Notes under the pieces: generated by a model
What the model was told of the DNA's origin: nothing
Database searches by the model: none
What the model saw: the letters and a program-made list of their open reading frames with translations, nothing else
Assembly (NCBI RefSeq): GCF_009914755.1
Contig: NC_060944.1
Length of the DNA stretch: 64,000 bases
Reading direction: 5' to 3' (one strand)
From: the human T2T-CHM13v2.0 reference genome, Homo sapiens
Program-made: the position numbers and the translations under genes
Part shown: positions 61,824-64,000 of the stretch, piece by piece
Position numbering within the stretch: the stretch's first letter is position 1
How the letters are laid out: the number at the start of each line of letters is the position of its first letter

Positions 61824-64000
61824 AAGGAGGAAAGACGGAGGGGAGAAATTATGGCCTTTGAAAAATTACTGAATCTTATTTCCATTGTTGACTTTATTTA
61901 TGGTAGTCTTCATTTGATTTAAACAGTTATTTCTAATGCTTTTTTTTTTAAATAAATGGGTTTGAATAAAAGAATATATAAGGGGATCTATTCAGAATTT
62001 TTAAGTTAGCTCTGGATTTTGCCATTAATCAATCACATTCTTTGTTATATAGCCCACCCACCTTAAAAAGAGGCATAGAAGTTAAGAAATGACTGAAATG
62101 GCAACTATAAACCAATACTTTTTCATTGACCAGATTTAATATTGGTATGAACATTGGCATATCAAAAATGAAAAGCAAGAAAGAAGAAACATTAATATAT
62201 TATTAAGACAAGGCCAATTCCCTGCACTGATTTTTGTAGGGCTTAAAACTGTTCAAAATAATCCAGAAAAAGGAGGAAGCCTTAGGGTGTGTGGCCAAGA
62301 AAAGCACAGAAAAATCTCTCTGCAGTGCACTTGCATGTTTAAAGCTGATTATTGTATTTTTCATCTAGAGAGACTGAGTGTTCATTAGGGTCTTGTGTCC
62401 CTAGGCAGGAGATGCTGAGCATAATTGGAGTTTCTATTTGATTGGGCAATATAGTCTAGAGAAGAAACTGGGGTAAAGATAATTAATAGCTTGCTAACAA
62501 AGTCTGACAGCCACAAGATTTCAACCAAATTTATTTCACACTGCTTCATTTAGCTCTGAAAAAGTTTTGATAGAATTGTAGGCTCCTTAATTAACACTTG
62601 AAAGCAAAAGAAACATACCTTCTATTTTGCTGCCACATTTAGTTATGACAGATTTTCTTACTGTTTTTCTTCTTTTTGTAAAAACTTTATTTGCTATCCA
62701 ATTATATATCTCACAAACGTTATGTTTGGGAAGTGTTTAATTGTGCATTTTGAACCCAGTCATAATTGATTTTAAAGGGTGGGGTGCAGCGAAATGAAAA
62801 ACCCAATTAGTAACTGGTAGACAGTTTTACAGAACCGCAATATTAATGAATTCATTATGTTTATTCATTCACTAATATTTTGCTGATCCTTGGACTTGAT
62901 GTGTTTTGGTTGTGCTCTTCAAAAAATCAAATTTTAGTTTTCTTAGTAAATCTATGCGTTTTTGTAACTCTGTTTTTATTTCAGGGTAATAAATAGATGT
63001 GCGTTTGTCTGTGTGTATATATATGTGTCCAAACTAAGGGGCATATCTCTGATTTAATTTTCCCATGGTAAAACCTGGCATATTATCATTAATATTTGTA
63101 GTAGTTGGTAATGTTGATATTATTGATTGTGGCACTTTTAAAGGATTAATTTTTCTTTACTCATTTCGGAAGAGATGAATATTAGTCATCTGTCACTTTG
63201 GGTCAGGTATAAGTGATTCTCCCTGAATATAAGCAAATTTATTCTTTATGTTTAGGCTGGTCAGGATATTTTTATGCAGTCAGAGATAAATGAAAGGCAT
63301 TGCTACAGCTGAAGGACTTTTCTAGTGGCTTTATTTATGTTGTTTCTGGATAATAAAATAACATAGATGAGCATTTTAGACAGATTTATTAATAGACAGA
63401 TTTATTAAGAATGTTTAAAATAGCCTTATTATTAAAACCATTAGAGATTTTGGACTAAAAATTGAAAAAAAAATCAATTTTTTTTCTTTTAAATTCTAAA
63501 TAAAATAATAAAAACAAACCCCCCAGATGTTGAGAAGACATGGATGGGCCTGTTGCACTCTTTACCTATATGCAACCATTTTGTTTCAGACCTAATTCAG
63601 TGAACAAAATTTTTTGAGAAGATACATTTAACTACTTTTTCAAGCTTTGTAGTATAAATGCATTTCTTCCAATATAAGATTTTCCTATTATAAGTTGCAA
63701 AGAATGGATCCTCTGCAAAACCCACTTGATAAGGGCTCTACTCATTTATTTTTCTTTCCTGCTACCCCAAACTCACTGCATACATCAGGCATAGCTTCCA
63801 GGGTGAGCTTTGTTAGTTTTTCTGAGTAGACTTAGCCATTTACTATGCTAGTCACATACTTCACTTGCCTAAGCAATGGATTTTGGCGTTCTATTGAAGA
63901 GGGAATATGGTTTGGAAGAGTGTCTCCCCCTCCTCTGAGTTCAATTTACTAGTTGAGATTTGCAAGCCTGAAATGCTTGAAGCAGCTCAGGCACGATAGC

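Overview
Human (or near-identical great-ape) genomic DNA containing most of FLRT3 on the minus strand. The 649-aa CDS (52701-54650) lies in a single exon, with a splice acceptor at 54703-54704, a 194-nt 5'UTR exon (56278-56471) and an AU-rich 3'UTR. No promoter or first exon is evident, so it probably lies beyond the right edge. From established knowledge, FLRT3 is nested antisense in a very large intron of MACROD2 (20p12.1), so the whole window should be intronic MACROD2 on the + strand. No MACROD2 exon is recognisable. The first ~51 kb are dense in transposon fossils: the 3' 3.8 kb of a dead L1PA3-like LINE-1, 12 Alu loci, a near full-length Tigger1, Tigger3b, Tigger4b, hAT elements, MaLR/ERVL LTRs, L2, MIR and CR1. 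The last ~13 kb around FLRT3 have no recognisable young repeats. All ORF-track entries other than FLRT3, L1 ORF2 and Tigger1 remnants look like repeat-derived or chance ORFs. I did not find a convincing new multi-gene system. The best leads are three uORFs in the FLRT3 5'UTR exon, a possible LTR-donated distal FLRT3 polyA site, a candidate cryptic MACROD2 exon at ~30.3 kb, and several template-switch-like palindromes, local duplications and an (AT)22 in a fragile locus. Repeat subfamily calls come from recalled consensus sequences, and boundaries of old repeats are approximate.
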